DNA from: an uncultured delta proteobacterium
GTDB taxonomy: Bacteria; Desulfobacterota; Binatia; DP-6
DNA length: 64,000 nucleotides
Direction of reading: 5' to 3'
Assembly (NCBI GenBank): GCA_963815115.1
Contig: CAWFFN010000012.1
Coordinates: forward strand, 96,001-160,000
Made by a program: the position numbers and the translations under genes. The first letter of the stretch is position 1; each line of letters starts with the position of its first letter. Positions 1-12,064 of the stretch are shown here, one piece after another. The notes below the pieces were generated by a model. The model had not been told where the DNA came from. It did not search any database and was given only the letters and a program-made list of their open reading frames with translations.

Positions 1-2
1 TG

Positions 3-1589
3 CGCCCCACCCTCGACTGGATGCTGCCCAGCTGGCAGGACGTGCCTCGCTTCGACCCCCGCCTCCACATCCGGCACGTGGGAGTCCCGCCGCCGGGGGG
101 CGACGCCGAAATGCACGCCCTGGTCGACGAGCTGATCGCCGCCCCGCTGGATCCCGACAGCCCGCTCTGGGAGACCTACCTCATCGACGGGCTCGCCGAC
201 GGGCGGACGGCCATCCTGAACAAGATCCATCATTGCATGGTCGACGGCGTGAGCGGCGCGCAGATCCTGGAGCTTCTCACCGACGCAGCACCCGGAACCG
301 AGGCGGCCTCGAGCGCATCGCCCGCCTCGAGGGGCCACGGCGCCAGCGGCGCGCGGCCCTGGAGCGCCGAGGCCGCGGTGGAGGCGATGTCGACGATCGC
401 GCACTGGGCGCTCGAGCCGCCGTCTCCGCTGCCGTTCAATGCGCCGATCTCCGCCCAGCGCAGGCTGCGCTGGGCCAGCCTCTCGCTCGAGCGCATCCTG
501 GCCGTGCGCGGCGCGGTCGGCTGCAAGGTGAACGACGTCGTGCTGGCGGTCATCGCCGGCGCGCTGCGCCGCTGGCTCGTGGCGCACGGCGTGGCGACCG
601 CCGGCCTGCGCGTACGCACCATGGTGCCGGTCAGCATGCGCACGGCGGCGGAACACCTCACGCTCGGCAACGTGGTGTCGGCGATGTTCCCTCTGCTTCC
701 GGTCGACATCGGTGATCCGCTCGACCGGCTGCACGCGGTAGCCGCGCACATGGCCGAGCTGAAGGGGCGCGGCCAGGCGCACGCCACGGGGCTGCTGCTG
801 GCGCTCGGGGGAACGCTCCCGGCGCCGGTCGGCGCGTTGCTCGGCCGCATGCTTCCCAGCTGGCCGATGATCAGCCTCGTCTGCACGAACGTGCCCGGTC
901 CGCGCGAGCCGCGCTACGTTCTCGGGCGTCGCGTCGTGAGCATGCATCCGCTGGTTCCCCTGTTCGAGGGTCTCGGCCTCGGCTTCGCCATCCTGAGCTA
1001 CGCCGACGGGCTCTCCATCGGGGTGACCGCCGATCCGGCGCTGGTTCCCGACGTCGAGTCCATCGCGACGGCGATCGCCGAGGAACTCGACCTGCTGGTC
1101 GCCTCGGCGGGTCTGCAGACCATGTCCGCCACGCCGACGGCCGCTGCCGCCCCGCGCGTCGCCGACCTGATGGCGACGGAGGTGCACACGATCGGTCCGG
1201 CGACCTCGCTCGGAGACGCCTGGGGTCTCATGAAGCGCTGCCGCATCCGTCACCTCCCGGTCGTCGACGACCTCGGGCGTGCCGTCGGGCTCGTCACGCA
1301 CCGCGACCTCCTCGGTGCGGCGTCCAGCGCCGTCGGCGAGTCGGACGAGGCGACGCGGCTGCGGCGTCTCGGCTGGTTGACGGCGCACGAGGTCATGGAG
1401 ACCCACCTCGTCGTGACCACCCCCGACGAGCTCGCGGGCGCTGCCGGCCAGCGCATGCTGGCGGCCAAGATCGGCTGCCTCCCCGTGGTGGACGACACCG
1501 GCCGGCTCGCCGGGATCGTCACGGTGGAAGACTTCCTGCGCTGGGCGACGACGCGGATGGGTGCGGCCGACACCTCGCGCGCCGCCTGA
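3..1589 (+). CDS. Wax ester synthase/diacylglycerol acyltransferase (WS/DGAT) fused to a C-terminal CBS pair; 5'-truncated by the window edge
   Basis: Catalytic HHxxxDG motif (KIHHCMVDGVSG), plus PLWE, KVNDVVLA and TNVPGP motifs. The C-terminal part has CBS signatures (VADLM, IRHLPVVD, KIGCLPVVD..GIVT..D). The frame is open to the window start. Confidence 0.9.
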   Translation, partial: RPTLDWMLPSWQDVPRFDPRLHIRHVGVPPPGGDAEMHALVDELIAAPLDPDSPLWETYLIDGLADGRTAILNKIHHCMVDGVSGAQILELLTDAAPGTEAASSASPASRGHGASGARPWSAEAAVEAMSTIAHWALEPPSPLPFNAPISAQRRLRWASLSLERILAVRGAVGCKVNDVVLAVIAGALRRWLVAHGVATAGLRVRTMVPVSMRTAAEHLTLGNVVSAMFPLLPVDIGDPLDRLHAVAAHMAELKGRGQAHATGLLLALGGTLPAPVGALLGRMLPSWPMISLVCTNVPGPREPRYVLGRRVVSMHPLVPLFEGLGLGFAILSYADGLSIGVTADPALVPDVESIATAIAEELDLLVASAGLQTMSATPTAAAAPRVADLMATEVHTIGPATSLGDAWGLMKRCRIRHLPVVDDLGRAVGLVTHRDLLGAASSAVGESDEATRLRRLGWLTAHEVMETHLVVTTPDELAGAAGQRMLAAKIGCLPVVDDTGRLAGIVTVEDFLRWATTRMGAADTSRAA

Positions 1590-1705
1590 GCGCGCCGGCC
1601 AGCGGTGCCGGGCATGGCTGCGGGGTGCTTCCCAGGCGTTGGAATCGGACGGGCAGCGCGTTCTTCCTCCCGGGAATGGTCCCTGGGGCGGCAGGTCCTA
1701 CCTCG

Positions 1706-1721
1706 GGGCATGCATGTTGCT
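1706..1721 (+). promoter_or_regulatory. Putative sigma-54 (-24/-12) promoter
   Basis: GGGCATGCATGTTGCT has GG-N10-GC spacing with GGCA...TTGCT, just upstream of the ATG at 1734. Confidence 0.5.
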
Positions 1722-1733
1722 CTTCAGTTGCTC

Positions 1734-2150
1734 ATGCCATGCCTGCCGCCTCAATCGCCTTCTCTCGCTGTTCTCGGGTTGCTTCTCGCTGGAGCTACCC
1801 TCCGGGCGGCCGAGCCGGCGAACGATCCCGGCCGCGCCATGTACCTGCGCTACTGCGGCGCGTGTCACGGGCCGGCGGGGAAGGGCGACGGCATCGCGGG
1901 ATCCTTCATGACGCCGAAGCCCCCCGATCTCACGCGGCTCGCGCAGGAGAACGGCGGCACCTTTCCGTTCCAGCGCGTGATGGCGTACATCGACGGCAAG
2001 GACGACGTGCGCGCGCATGGCGACCCCGCGATGCCGGTGTGGGGCGAGGTGTTCCGTGCCGAGTCGAGCTGGGACGCGAGCCGGCGCGCCGAGATCCAGG
2101 GCAAGGTCATGTCGATCACCGAGTACCTGCGGTCGATCCAGGCCAAGTGA
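1734..2150 (+). CDS. Periplasmic monoheme cytochrome c
   Basis: Signal-like hydrophobic N-terminus, YCGACHG heme motif, GKGDG, PPDLT and distal Met (AMPVWG). Start could be 1710 or 1734. Confidence 0.88.
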   Translation: MPCLPPQSPSLAVLGLLLAGATLRAAEPANDPGRAMYLRYCGACHGPAGKGDGIAGSFMTPKPPDLTRLAQENGGTFPFQRVMAYIDGKDDVRAHGDPAMPVWGEVFRAESSWDASRRAEIQGKVMSITEYLRSIQAK

Positions 2151-2157
2151 GAACGCC

Positions 2158-2688
2158 ATGCGACTGGCGGAGCTACTCGACCGGTGCCTGGCGCTCGAGG
2201 AGCGCAGCGCCGCGGTCTACCGGAAATTCGCGGCGGCGCGGCCCGACGATGCGGAGCTGGCGCAGCTCTGGGAAGCGCTCGCCGCCGACGAGGACGAGCA
2301 CGCGCGATCGATCCGGGACGTGCTGCGCGACCTCGGAACGGGAGAAGGCGAGCTGACCGCCGTGGAAGGTTGCGAGGCCGCGTTCGCCGACGTTGCGGCC
2401 CGGTTGCGGGATGCGGACGCGCTCGACGCCGACGCCACGCCGAACCGCCACCTGGCGGCGGCGCTCGACATCGAGCTCTCGGAGATCGAGGCCCTCCGGC
2501 GGCTCGGTCTCCGGGCGAGCAGGCGGCACGAGGTGCCGGACCAGGATCATTCCCACGTTCGCCGGCTCGCGGATACGGCCCGCCGCCGCTCGCAGGACGG
2601 ACACGTGCGGCTGGCGGCCGCATTGCTCCTGGCACGCGAGCGCCTCGCCACCACCGGCGGGGCGTCGGACAGCTGGCGGAAACCCTAG
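2158..2688 (+). CDS. Ferritin-like/rubrerythrin-family protein
   Basis: ATG at 2158. LEERSAAVY...LAADEDEHA (E..Y, ExxH) pattern, second-half ALDIE...H, helical composition. Confidence 0.7.
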   Translation: MRLAELLDRCLALEERSAAVYRKFAAARPDDAELAQLWEALAADEDEHARSIRDVLRDLGTGEGELTAVEGCEAAFADVAARLRDADALDADATPNRHLAAALDIELSEIEALRRLGLRASRRHEVPDQDHSHVRRLADTARRRSQDGHVRLAAALLLARERLATTGGASDSWRKP

Positions 2689-2698
2689 CGACCGTCGC

Positions 2699-3421
2699 TC
2701 ACACCGCGACGCCGGCAGGCAGCATGCGACGGCCGTCGCTGGTGAGCGGTCGCACGCGCTCCATCCACGCCGCGATCTTGGGACGGCCGCGGACGACGTC
2801 GGCGCCCTCCAGCCGGTTGTCGACGATGAAGCTCGTCGCCGCGTAGGCCGCGAGGTCCGCGATCGAGACCGCCGCCTGCCCGCCCAGGAATGGACCGCCA
2901 TCGAGCCGCTCTTCGAGTCGGTCGAGGGCACGCGGAAGCTGCGGCACCTTGCTCGTCGCCTCGGCGATCAGCTTCCGCAGGATGAAGCCGCTCGCCAGCG
3001 GGAGGACGACGCGCTCGACGGCGTTGAGCGGCGCGGTGCTCGCGAGCGCCCCGATCACGCGCCTGCGGTTGGCCGGGCGGCCGAAGTTGTTGGGCACGTA
3101 GAAGTCGGGGACGAAGGCGGTGTCGATCCAGTCCTCGATCTCGAGCGCGGCCTTTCGTGCTCCGGGGTCCGCGGGCAGCGCCGGCGGCGTCGGGTAGCGC
3201 TCCTCCAGGTAGAGGGCGATGTCGGTCGAGTCCTCGACGATCGTGCCGTCGTCGTCGATGATCGGTACGAGCTTCTTCGTCGAGAACTTGATCTCGCTCT
3301 TGCGCTGCGGGTGGATGAACAGCGGCCGGTAGGGCAGCCGCTTGTAGTCGAGGATCGCGGCGACCTTGTGCACGAAGGGCGAGATCGCAAAAGCGTAGAG
3401 CGTGATCGGCCGACGGTCCAT
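2699..3421 (-). CDS. Glutathione S-transferase family protein (mPGES-2-like)
   Basis: LY...SPFVHKV, LVP, EDSTDIALYLEE and C-terminal FLGG...SIADLA; GGGG-rich RBS. Confidence 0.85.
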   Translation of the reverse strand: MDRRPITLYAFAISPFVHKVAAILDYKRLPYRPLFIHPQRKSEIKFSTKKLVPIIDDDGTIVEDSTDIALYLEERYPTPPALPADPGARKAALEIEDWIDTAFVPDFYVPNNFGRPANRRRVIGALASTAPLNAVERVVLPLASGFILRKLIAEATSKVPQLPRALDRLEERLDGGPFLGGQAAVSIADLAAYAATSFIVDNRLEGADVVRGRPKIAAWMERVRPLTSDGRRMLPAGVAV

Positions 3422-3662
3422 GCGTCACCCCCTTCAGGATGCTGGCGGACCGGGGAGTACGCCCGCCCCCGGGGCAAGTCAACGAAGCCACGACCTCGCC
3501 AACGCCGAGCGGAACCGCTGACCTGCAACGGGCGCGAAGCAGGTCCGGAGCCGTCTCCTCGCCGACCGCTCGCCGCTGGACGACGTTGAGCCGGCTGCGT
3601 TATGGGGCCGCGATGCGTGGGGAGGTGGCGCGGTCGGTGGCGGGGGGGACCTTCTTGCCCTG

Positions 3663-5921
<2,259 letters not shown>

Positions 5922-5935
5922 TCCGCACTCCGCCC

Positions 5936-5951
5936 CGGCACGTCGGTTGCT
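5936..5951 (+). promoter_or_regulatory. Putative sigma-54 (-24/-12) promoter for the glycosyltransferase
   Basis: CGGCACGTCGGTTGCT is a near-perfect match to TGGCACG-N4-TTGCW, about 75 bp upstream of ATG 6025. Confidence 0.65.
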
Positions 5952-6024
5952 CCTGCGTTTCGCCGCTTCGGACCATGCTTTCGGGTGTTCACAGGACGGC
6001 GTTCCCTCGCTATTCCGCTCTCGG

Positions 6025-7932
6025 ATGGCAGAAGAGAACGAATCGAGCCGAAGCAATTCCAAGGGCTTCGTTGGCGCCGCGGCGGAGGCATTTCTGCGCC
6101 GTCGAGTGCATCGCCAGCGCATGCGCACGGCGGGCCTGAAGGCGCTGCGCGAGGTCGTCTCTCAGGCCGACCTGATGCAGATGGATTTCGACGAGGCGGC
6201 GGACGTGTTCGCTCGCGCCGATCCCTGGATGACCAGCTACGGTGCGGACGTCGCGCGGACGCACCGGCGGCGCGGGCGCACGCACGTGCCACGAATGTCG
6301 GTCGTCCTGCTGGTGATCGGCACCCGCGGCGACGTGCAGCCGTTCATCGGCATCGGCAGCCGCCTCGCCCGGCACCACCGCGTGAGGCTCGCGACCCACG
6401 CGGCGTTCCGGTCGATGGTGGAGGACGCCGGCCTCGAATTCTATCCGCTGGCCGGCGATCCGCGCGAGCTGGTCGAGTACATGATGCGGACGGGTGGTCG
6501 GATCGTTCCGCTGAGGCCGGACCACATCGTCGAGGACGTTCCCAGAAAGCGGGCCGTCGTCGGCGAGATCCTGGAATCGACCTGGCGTGCCTGCACGGAG
6601 CCGGACCCGCAGCATCCGGACGCGACCTTCGCGGCCGAGTGGATCGTCGCGAATCCTCCGAGCTACGGCCACATCCACTGTGCCGAGGCGCTGAACGTCC
6701 CGCTCCACATGGTCTTCACCATGCCGTGGACCGCGACGAGCGCCTTTCCGCACCCGATGACGCGCCTGCAGCCCGGCGAGCACCGGCCCGTGCGCAACTT
6801 CCTGTCCTACGGCGTGGTGAACGCGCTCATGTGGGGCGGCGTGGCCGACGTGGTGAACGGGTTCCGCGAGAAGACGCTCGGATTGTCGTCGGTCGACGTC
6901 GCGCAGGGAGCCGCCCTTCTCGAGGACGCGGAGGTGCCGTTCACCTATCTCTTCCCGGAGAGCCTGATTCCCCGGCCGCCCGACTGGGGCCCGCACATCG
7001 ACCTGGCCAACTTCGTCTTCGTGGATCAGGCGGCTGGCTACGAGCCGCCGGCGGACCTCGTGGACTTCCTCGCTGCAGGCAAGCCGCCGATCTACGTCGG
7101 CTTCGGCTCTCTCGTCGTGCCCGATCCGGCCGCGTTGACGCGGACCGTCTTCGAGGCGCTCGCCAAGGCCGGCGCACGCGGCGTCGTGTCACGCGGCTGG
7201 GGCGACGTCGGCCAGGACGCACCGCCATCGCACGTCCACGTCATCGGCGACACGCCGCACGACTGGCTGTTTCCGCGCTGCCGGCTCGTCTGCCACCACG
7301 GCGGCGCGGGCACCACCGCGGCCGGACTCCGCGCCGGCCTCCCCTCCGTCGTGGTGCCGTTCTTCGGAGATCAGTTCTTCTGGGGCCAGGTGATTGCCGA
7401 CGCGGGCGCGGGGCCCGCCGCCATCCCCGCCGGCGAGCTGACCGTCGACAGGCTCGCCGAGGCGTTCGTTTCGTGTGAGTCGCGCGACGTCCGGACGAAG
7501 GCGCGAAAGCTCGGTGCCACGATACGGAGGCAGGACGGCGCCGAGCTGACGGTGGCGTCGCTGTACCGGCAGCTCCCGCTGCGCGCGATGCGCTGCGCGC
7601 GCGATGTCGCGCACCTCGCGACCACGTACTGTGAACCTTGCCGCCTGCGACTCTGCGGGAGCTGCCTGACCGCGGAGCACGCCGGCCATCGCTGCCACCC
7701 CTATCGCTACGTCGACTGGAGCGTTCGCCCCGTGCGCAAGGTATCCCGCGAGCTGCGCGACTTCGTGGCAGATGCGATCGTCGCGGTGCGCGCCGGGCTC
7801 GACGAGGTGCTGCCCCTGGGGGCGCCGCGGCGCGAAGGGGTCGTGATGGGCGAGCGGGAACCGGGCGGCGGAACGGCGCGCGGGGTCGTGTGGAAGGCGC
7901 GCCGGCGGGCGCCAGCAGATACGACGGCCTGA
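6025..7932 (+). CDS. GT1 sterol 3-beta-glucosyltransferase-like protein (UGT80/UGT51 type) with a C-terminal B-box-like Zn finger
   Basis: GTRGDVQPF, RVRLATH, IVANPPSYGHIHCAEAL.VPLHMVFTMPWT, PIYVGFGS, PHDWLFP, HHGGAGTTAAGL and PFFGDQFFWG. C-terminal C-x5-H-x5-CxxC-x4-CxxC-x4-HxxH. Start 6025 chosen because the upstream sigma-54 motif lies within the longer ORF. Confidence 0.88.
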   Translation: MAEENESSRSNSKGFVGAAAEAFLRRRVHRQRMRTAGLKALREVVSQADLMQMDFDEAADVFARADPWMTSYGADVARTHRRRGRTHVPRMSVVLLVIGTRGDVQPFIGIGSRLARHHRVRLATHAAFRSMVEDAGLEFYPLAGDPRELVEYMMRTGGRIVPLRPDHIVEDVPRKRAVVGEILESTWRACTEPDPQHPDATFAAEWIVANPPSYGHIHCAEALNVPLHMVFTMPWTATSAFPHPMTRLQPGEHRPVRNFLSYGVVNALMWGGVADVVNGFREKTLGLSSVDVAQGAALLEDAEVPFTYLFPESLIPRPPDWGPHIDLANFVFVDQAAGYEPPADLVDFLAAGKPPIYVGFGSLVVPDPAALTRTVFEALAKAGARGVVSRGWGDVGQDAPPSHVHVIGDTPHDWLFPRCRLVCHHGGAGTTAAGLRAGLPSVVVPFFGDQFFWGQVIADAGAGPAAIPAGELTVDRLAEAFVSCESRDVRTKARKLGATIRRQDGAELTVASLYRQLPLRAMRCARDVAHLATTYCEPCRLRLCGSCLTAEHAGHRCHPYRYVDWSVRPVRKVSRELRDFVADAIVAVRAGLDEVLPLGAPRREGVVMGEREPGGGTARGVVWKARRRAPADTTA

Positions 7933-7969
7933 GCGTCTTCGAGGAGTGGGCGATGGGGCCGGCGATGGG

Positions 7970-8266
7970 TCAGCGATTCGCCTCGCCCCTCACCGCGGCC
8001 GCCCCTTCATGCGCGTTCTCCTTGGTCTCCGCGGCGTTCTCGCGCCACGTTTCCCGGGCGGCACCGGGGCCGCCGGTGAAGAAGGAACGCACGCTGCGCC
8101 CGAAGGTCAGGAAGCCGTCACGGACGGCGTGCCCTCCCGTCTTCGCCGATTCCTCGACCACGCCTCCCACCTTGCGACCCGCCTCCTCGTCCGCGAGGGC
8201 CGGAATCGCCGTGAGGGCCAGGACCGCGAGCGCCGCCCCGGCCAGTGCGCCGTGCTTCTTGTTCAT
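7970..8266 (-). CDS. Small secreted hypothetical protein
   Basis: GGAGG RBS before ATG 8266; signal peptide MNKKHGALAGAALAVLALTAIPALA; helical mature part. Confidence 0.75.
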   Translation of the reverse strand: MNKKHGALAGAALAVLALTAIPALADEEAGRKVGGVVEESAKTGGHAVRDGFLTFGRSVRSFFTGGPGAARETWRENAAETKENAHEGAAAVRGEANR

Positions 8267-8306
8267 CTCGATTCCTCCCGCTGCGCGCGGCCCGTGAGCC
8301 GCGCCG

Positions 8307-9716
8307 TCAGAACAGACCCTTGAAGAAATGCTTGATCCGATTGAACAGGTTCTTCGCCGGACCACTGACGTCACCCTGGAAGTTCTTGGCGCCGCGCGAC
8401 ACGCGATCGGCGATTCCGTTGAAGAACCCCTGCGGATCCACGTCGTCCGACGCGATCACCCCGAACGGCACCTCGCCGCCCGGCCGGAATGGGTTGTTGA
8501 CCAGTGAATCGCGGCGCGCCACCCGCGCGAGGTCGACCGGTGGGATCGCGTCCCCGAATCGCTGGTTGATCGCGGCGATGAAGGCGTTGGCGATCAGCGC
8601 ATCGCCCGTGCTGGTGGGGTGGATGCCGTCGAGGCTGAAGACGCCGCCGAGGTAGCCCGTGGCCACGTCTGCGACGCCGTTCCCGTCGACGTCGGCGCCC
8701 TGCTGGCGAAGCTGATCGAACAGCGCGAAGGTGTCGACGGAGGCAATCTCGACGCCACGCCGCTGCTCGGTGTCGGCGATGGCCGTCGAGATCTCGGCGT
8801 TGTAGGCCATGATCTTCGCGCGCACGAGATCACGCTCGGTCGGGCCGAGCACCGCGGTGCAGGGGGGAACGGGCAGCTCGGAACGCGGCAGGTTGATCGA
8901 GAGGAGGTCGTCGGCTGCGACGGCCCGCAGGGTGCCGTCGGCCTGGCGGCAGCTCGTCACCTCGCCAGCGGCACGACGCAGGGCCGCGATGCCGGTCACG
9001 TCCGGGAGGTTGGCCACTGCCATGCCGGCGTTGGTGTCTGCGAGCGCGTTCAGGAGGCGCGAGAAGCGCTGTCCGAAGTCCGACGGGTCGAGCGTCACGG
9101 CGTCGGGGCTCGCCTCGGTGGCCATGTCGAGGACGTCGTTGTTGCCGAGCCATACCATCAGGAACGTCGGCCGCAGGTCGTCGCGCGCCCGCGTCACCTG
9201 CGAGACCGCGTCCGAGGTCGGCGGCAGGCCCAGGACCAGGAACTTGAGCACGTCCCGGCCGTCGACGTTGTCGCCGTTGAAGAGCTGGCGGGCAATCACG
9301 CGCGAGCTGATCCCGTCGAACACGCTCTGCGTGTCCTCGCCCGGAACTGCCAGGTTCCGGACCCGGCGAATCGGACGCGCGCGCGTGCCGATCGAATCGG
9401 TGGTGCGGCGCACGTCGCCGGGATCGAGCTGTCCGTTGCCGTTGGCGTCGCTGATGACGAGCTGGGACGGCACGCCCGGCGAGGTCATGAACGGCTGAGG
9501 CAACGAGACCCCCGCGCGTCGCGCGACGAATGCCGGTGCGCTGTCGACCTGACCGGCATGACCGCTGGACACGAAACCGCCGGAGCTGAAGCCGGCGAGC
9601 AGGCTGTCGCCGACGACGACCAGCCGCCGCATGCGGGGATCGCCCGCGTACACCGACGTCGCGCCGATCGCGACGAGGCAGCCCAGTATCAGCCAATTGG
9701 TGCTCTTCTTCGTCAT
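8307..9716 (-). CDS. Secreted SGNH/GDSL hydrolase
   Basis: GGAGG RBS before ATG 9716; signal peptide; block I GDSL, NLAVPG, block III LGNND, block V DGIHP. Confidence 0.88.
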   Translation of the reverse strand: MTKKSTNWLILGCLVAIGATSVYAGDPRMRRLVVVGDSLLAGFSSGGFVSSGHAGQVDSAPAFVARRAGVSLPQPFMTSPGVPSQLVISDANGNGQLDPGDVRRTTDSIGTRARPIRRVRNLAVPGEDTQSVFDGISSRVIARQLFNGDNVDGRDVLKFLVLGLPPTSDAVSQVTRARDDLRPTFLMVWLGNNDVLDMATEASPDAVTLDPSDFGQRFSRLLNALADTNAGMAVANLPDVTGIAALRRAAGEVTSCRQADGTLRAVAADDLLSINLPRSELPVPPCTAVLGPTERDLVRAKIMAYNAEISTAIADTEQRRGVEIASVDTFALFDQLRQQGADVDGNGVADVATGYLGGVFSLDGIHPTSTGDALIANAFIAAINQRFGDAIPPVDLARVARRDSLVNNPFRPGGEVPFGVIASDDVDPQGFFNGIADRVSRGAKNFQGDVSGPAKNLFNRIKHFFKGLF

Positions 9717-9762
9717 TACGAACCTCCCTGCGCGACGGCGTCGCGTACCGTGCTGGACACGG

Positions 9763-9778
9763 TGCAAGAGCCGGGCCG
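9763..9778 (-). promoter_or_regulatory. Putative sigma-54 (-24/-12) promoter
   Basis: Minus strand CGGCCCGGCTCTTGCA has GG-N10-GC with TTGCA, about 47 bp upstream of the GDSL start. Confidence 0.5.
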
Positions 9779-10124
9779 CCGCGCCTGACCCGGTGCGACA
9801 TCGTGTGCCCGGGCGCAGGTCGCGCGGCGTGCGCGGGTCGTTTTGAAGAATTTTCCAGCGCCCGACGCCGCTCGCCGATACAGGCTTGCTAGCCGTCTTT
9901 CCAAGCCAGGCCGGTGATGCGCCGCCGCTTCCCGTGACGCCGCTCGTTTCTCCGCGTCTCTCCACGCGTCAACGGATAAAGCGCAGCAAGACCCGTGCCG
10001 CCGAGGAGAACTGCGCGCGACCCTGCCACCGAGCGCAGATGCGCCACCGCTCGGGCCCGCATCGTGCCCCACGCGCGTCGTGGAATCTCGAACAGGGTAC
10101 TTTCTACAAGTCGGCGCCGGGCCG

Positions 10125-11828
10125 CTATGTCGTCACGCCGTGACGCAGCAGCGTTCCGGAGTGCGTGCCGGTCTCGCGGTCCTCGGTGATGGTCACCCGG
10201 CCGTTCACCAGGACGAAGCGGTAGCCGCGCGCCCGCTGCACCCGGCGCCACTCGCCGCCGGGGAAATCGTGTGCCACCTCGGTCGGGAGTGATGCGAGGC
10301 GCTCGAGATCGTACACGACGACGTCCGCAGGCGCGCCTTCGACCAGCGTTCCCCGGTCGCGAAACCCGGCGCAGTGCGCGGGGAGCGCCGCGAGCCTCCA
10401 GTGCGCATGCTCGAGCGAGCACATCTCCTCCTCGCGCACGATCCGGCTCAGGAACTCGGTCGGGTAGCGGCCGCCGGTGAAGAACTTGGTGTGGGCGCCG
10501 CCATCGGAGACCCCGGGGAGTATCCACTCGTAGTCGATGATCTCGCGCATCGCGTCCCGGTTCAGGTTGGCCGGCTCGGCATAGAAGACCGTCCGGAGGT
10601 CGTCGGCCACCGCGATGTCGAGCATCGCATCGACCGGGTGCTTGCCGGTGCGTGCGGCCACCTCGGACACGGTCAGGTTCTCGAACGGCCGCGTCTCCCT
10701 GGTGAAGCATTCGAGGACGGTGATCTGGGGGATGGGGACCGTGACGATGCCCGATTCGTAGCCCCGCAGGCGCGCCCGGCGTGCGGGGTCCGCCAGTTTC
10801 CGCTTGCGCTCCGCCGCCGTGCCCACGGTCGCGTCGGCCCACGCCGCGTCGTCGTCGAACAGGTTCCAGTCCTCGAAGGTGAAGGTGAACGCGGCCGTGG
10901 TCGTGACTCCTTGCCCGTACACCCGGAGGCCGCGTTGCCGGCACGAGTCGAGCCACGCGATCAACGCACGGTGAGCCTCGGGATGGCGCACGAACGACTG
11001 GACGACGTTGTAGAGCAGCGGCCGCCCGCTCACCCGGGCCAGCTGCTCGAGATGCACGAAGTCGTGCCCTCCATCCATCGTCGCGAGCGCCATCTGCATG
11101 AATCCCTGGTTGCGCTCGGCGAGCACCTCGGCCAGCTCGAGCGCCGTCTCGTCCCGCATGACGTCCGTCACCATCGGCCCGCCGTCGTAGTCGCGTTGCA
11201 CGGCGCCGGGTCCGTCGGGAGGGAGACGCTGCGCCGACCAGCCGCACCCCCCCGCATCCATGGCGTCGTGCAGCAGCCGCCGCAGCTCGCGATGCTCCGC
11301 GTCGGTGGGCATCACGCCGGCCTTGGCGCGCTCGAAGCCCATCACCCAGATGAGGAGCGGCGCCACCGGCACGTAGGGCAACACGTTGACGGCCTTCGGG
11401 CGGCGGTCGACGCTGTCGAGGAACTCGGGATACGTGATCCAGTCCCAGGGCAGGCCGCGCCGCATCGACTCGTGCGGGATCGCCTCGACCCTGGTCATGG
11501 TCAGCATCGCCCGTTCGCGCATCTCCGGGCGCATCGGCGCGAAGCCGAAGCCGCAGTTGCCGATCACGACCGACGTCACCCCGTGCCAGCCGGAGAGGGT
11601 CAGGTACGGGTCCCAGAACAGCTGCGCGTCGTAGTGGGTATGGAGGTCGATGAAGCCGGGCGCGACGATCATCCCGCTGGCGTCGAGCACGCGGGCGCCG
11701 TCGGAGGAGCGCAGCCGGCCGATCCGCGCGATGCGTCCGTCGCGAATGCCGACGTCGGCGCCGTAGCGCTGCGAGCGGGTCCCGTCCACGACGATGCCGT
11801 CCTTCAGCACGATGTCGAAGTCAGCCAC
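10125..11828 (-). CDS. N-acyl-D-amino-acid deacylase family amidohydrolase
   Basis: VVDGT, ADVGIRDGRI, APGFIDLHTHYD, HGVTSVVIGNCG, SDGGAH, DRGTL..G..ADVVV and VLVNG. Likely GTG start at 11828. Confidence 0.9.
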   Translation of the reverse strand: MADFDIVLKDGIVVDGTRSQRYGADVGIRDGRIARIGRLRSSDGARVLDASGMIVAPGFIDLHTHYDAQLFWDPYLTLSGWHGVTSVVIGNCGFGFAPMRPEMRERAMLTMTRVEAIPHESMRRGLPWDWITYPEFLDSVDRRPKAVNVLPYVPVAPLLIWVMGFERAKAGVMPTDAEHRELRRLLHDAMDAGGCGWSAQRLPPDGPGAVQRDYDGGPMVTDVMRDETALELAEVLAERNQGFMQMALATMDGGHDFVHLEQLARVSGRPLLYNVVQSFVRHPEAHRALIAWLDSCRQRGLRVYGQGVTTTAAFTFTFEDWNLFDDDAAWADATVGTAAERKRKLADPARRARLRGYESGIVTVPIPQITVLECFTRETRPFENLTVSEVAARTGKHPVDAMLDIAVADDLRTVFYAEPANLNRDAMREIIDYEWILPGVSDGGAHTKFFTGGRYPTEFLSRIVREEEMCSLEHAHWRLAALPAHCAGFRDRGTLVEGAPADVVVYDLERLASLPTEVAHDFPGGEWRRVQRARGYRFVLVNGRVTITEDRETGTHSGTLLRHGVTT

Positions 11829-12005
11829 CGACGCTGGCCTAGCACTCGCGCTCGACGACACGCAACGAGCGGGCCTGAGCGGCATGCCCGGTTCGCCGGG
11901 CCACTGGGTCCAGGCCGAGGCGTCCAGCCATCGACCGAGTCCCCGGGCGTGACGGCGGCCAGAGCTCCGCTCACGGTCGTCATTTTGGCCGAAATATAGA
12001 GTTTC

Positions 12006-12031
12006 TGCCCGAATTCGGGCAAATTTGTTGC
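12006..12031 (+). promoter_or_regulatory. Perfect 16-bp palindrome (candidate operator) overlapping a sigma-54-like element
   Basis: TGCCCGAATTCGGGCA (12006-12021) is self-complementary. GGCAAATTTGTTGC (12018-12031) has GG-N10-GC spacing. It lies in an AT-rich divergent intergenic region. Confidence 0.5.
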
Positions 12032-12064
12032 GATCGATGCGGGATCCGGCGTAGTCCGGTACCC

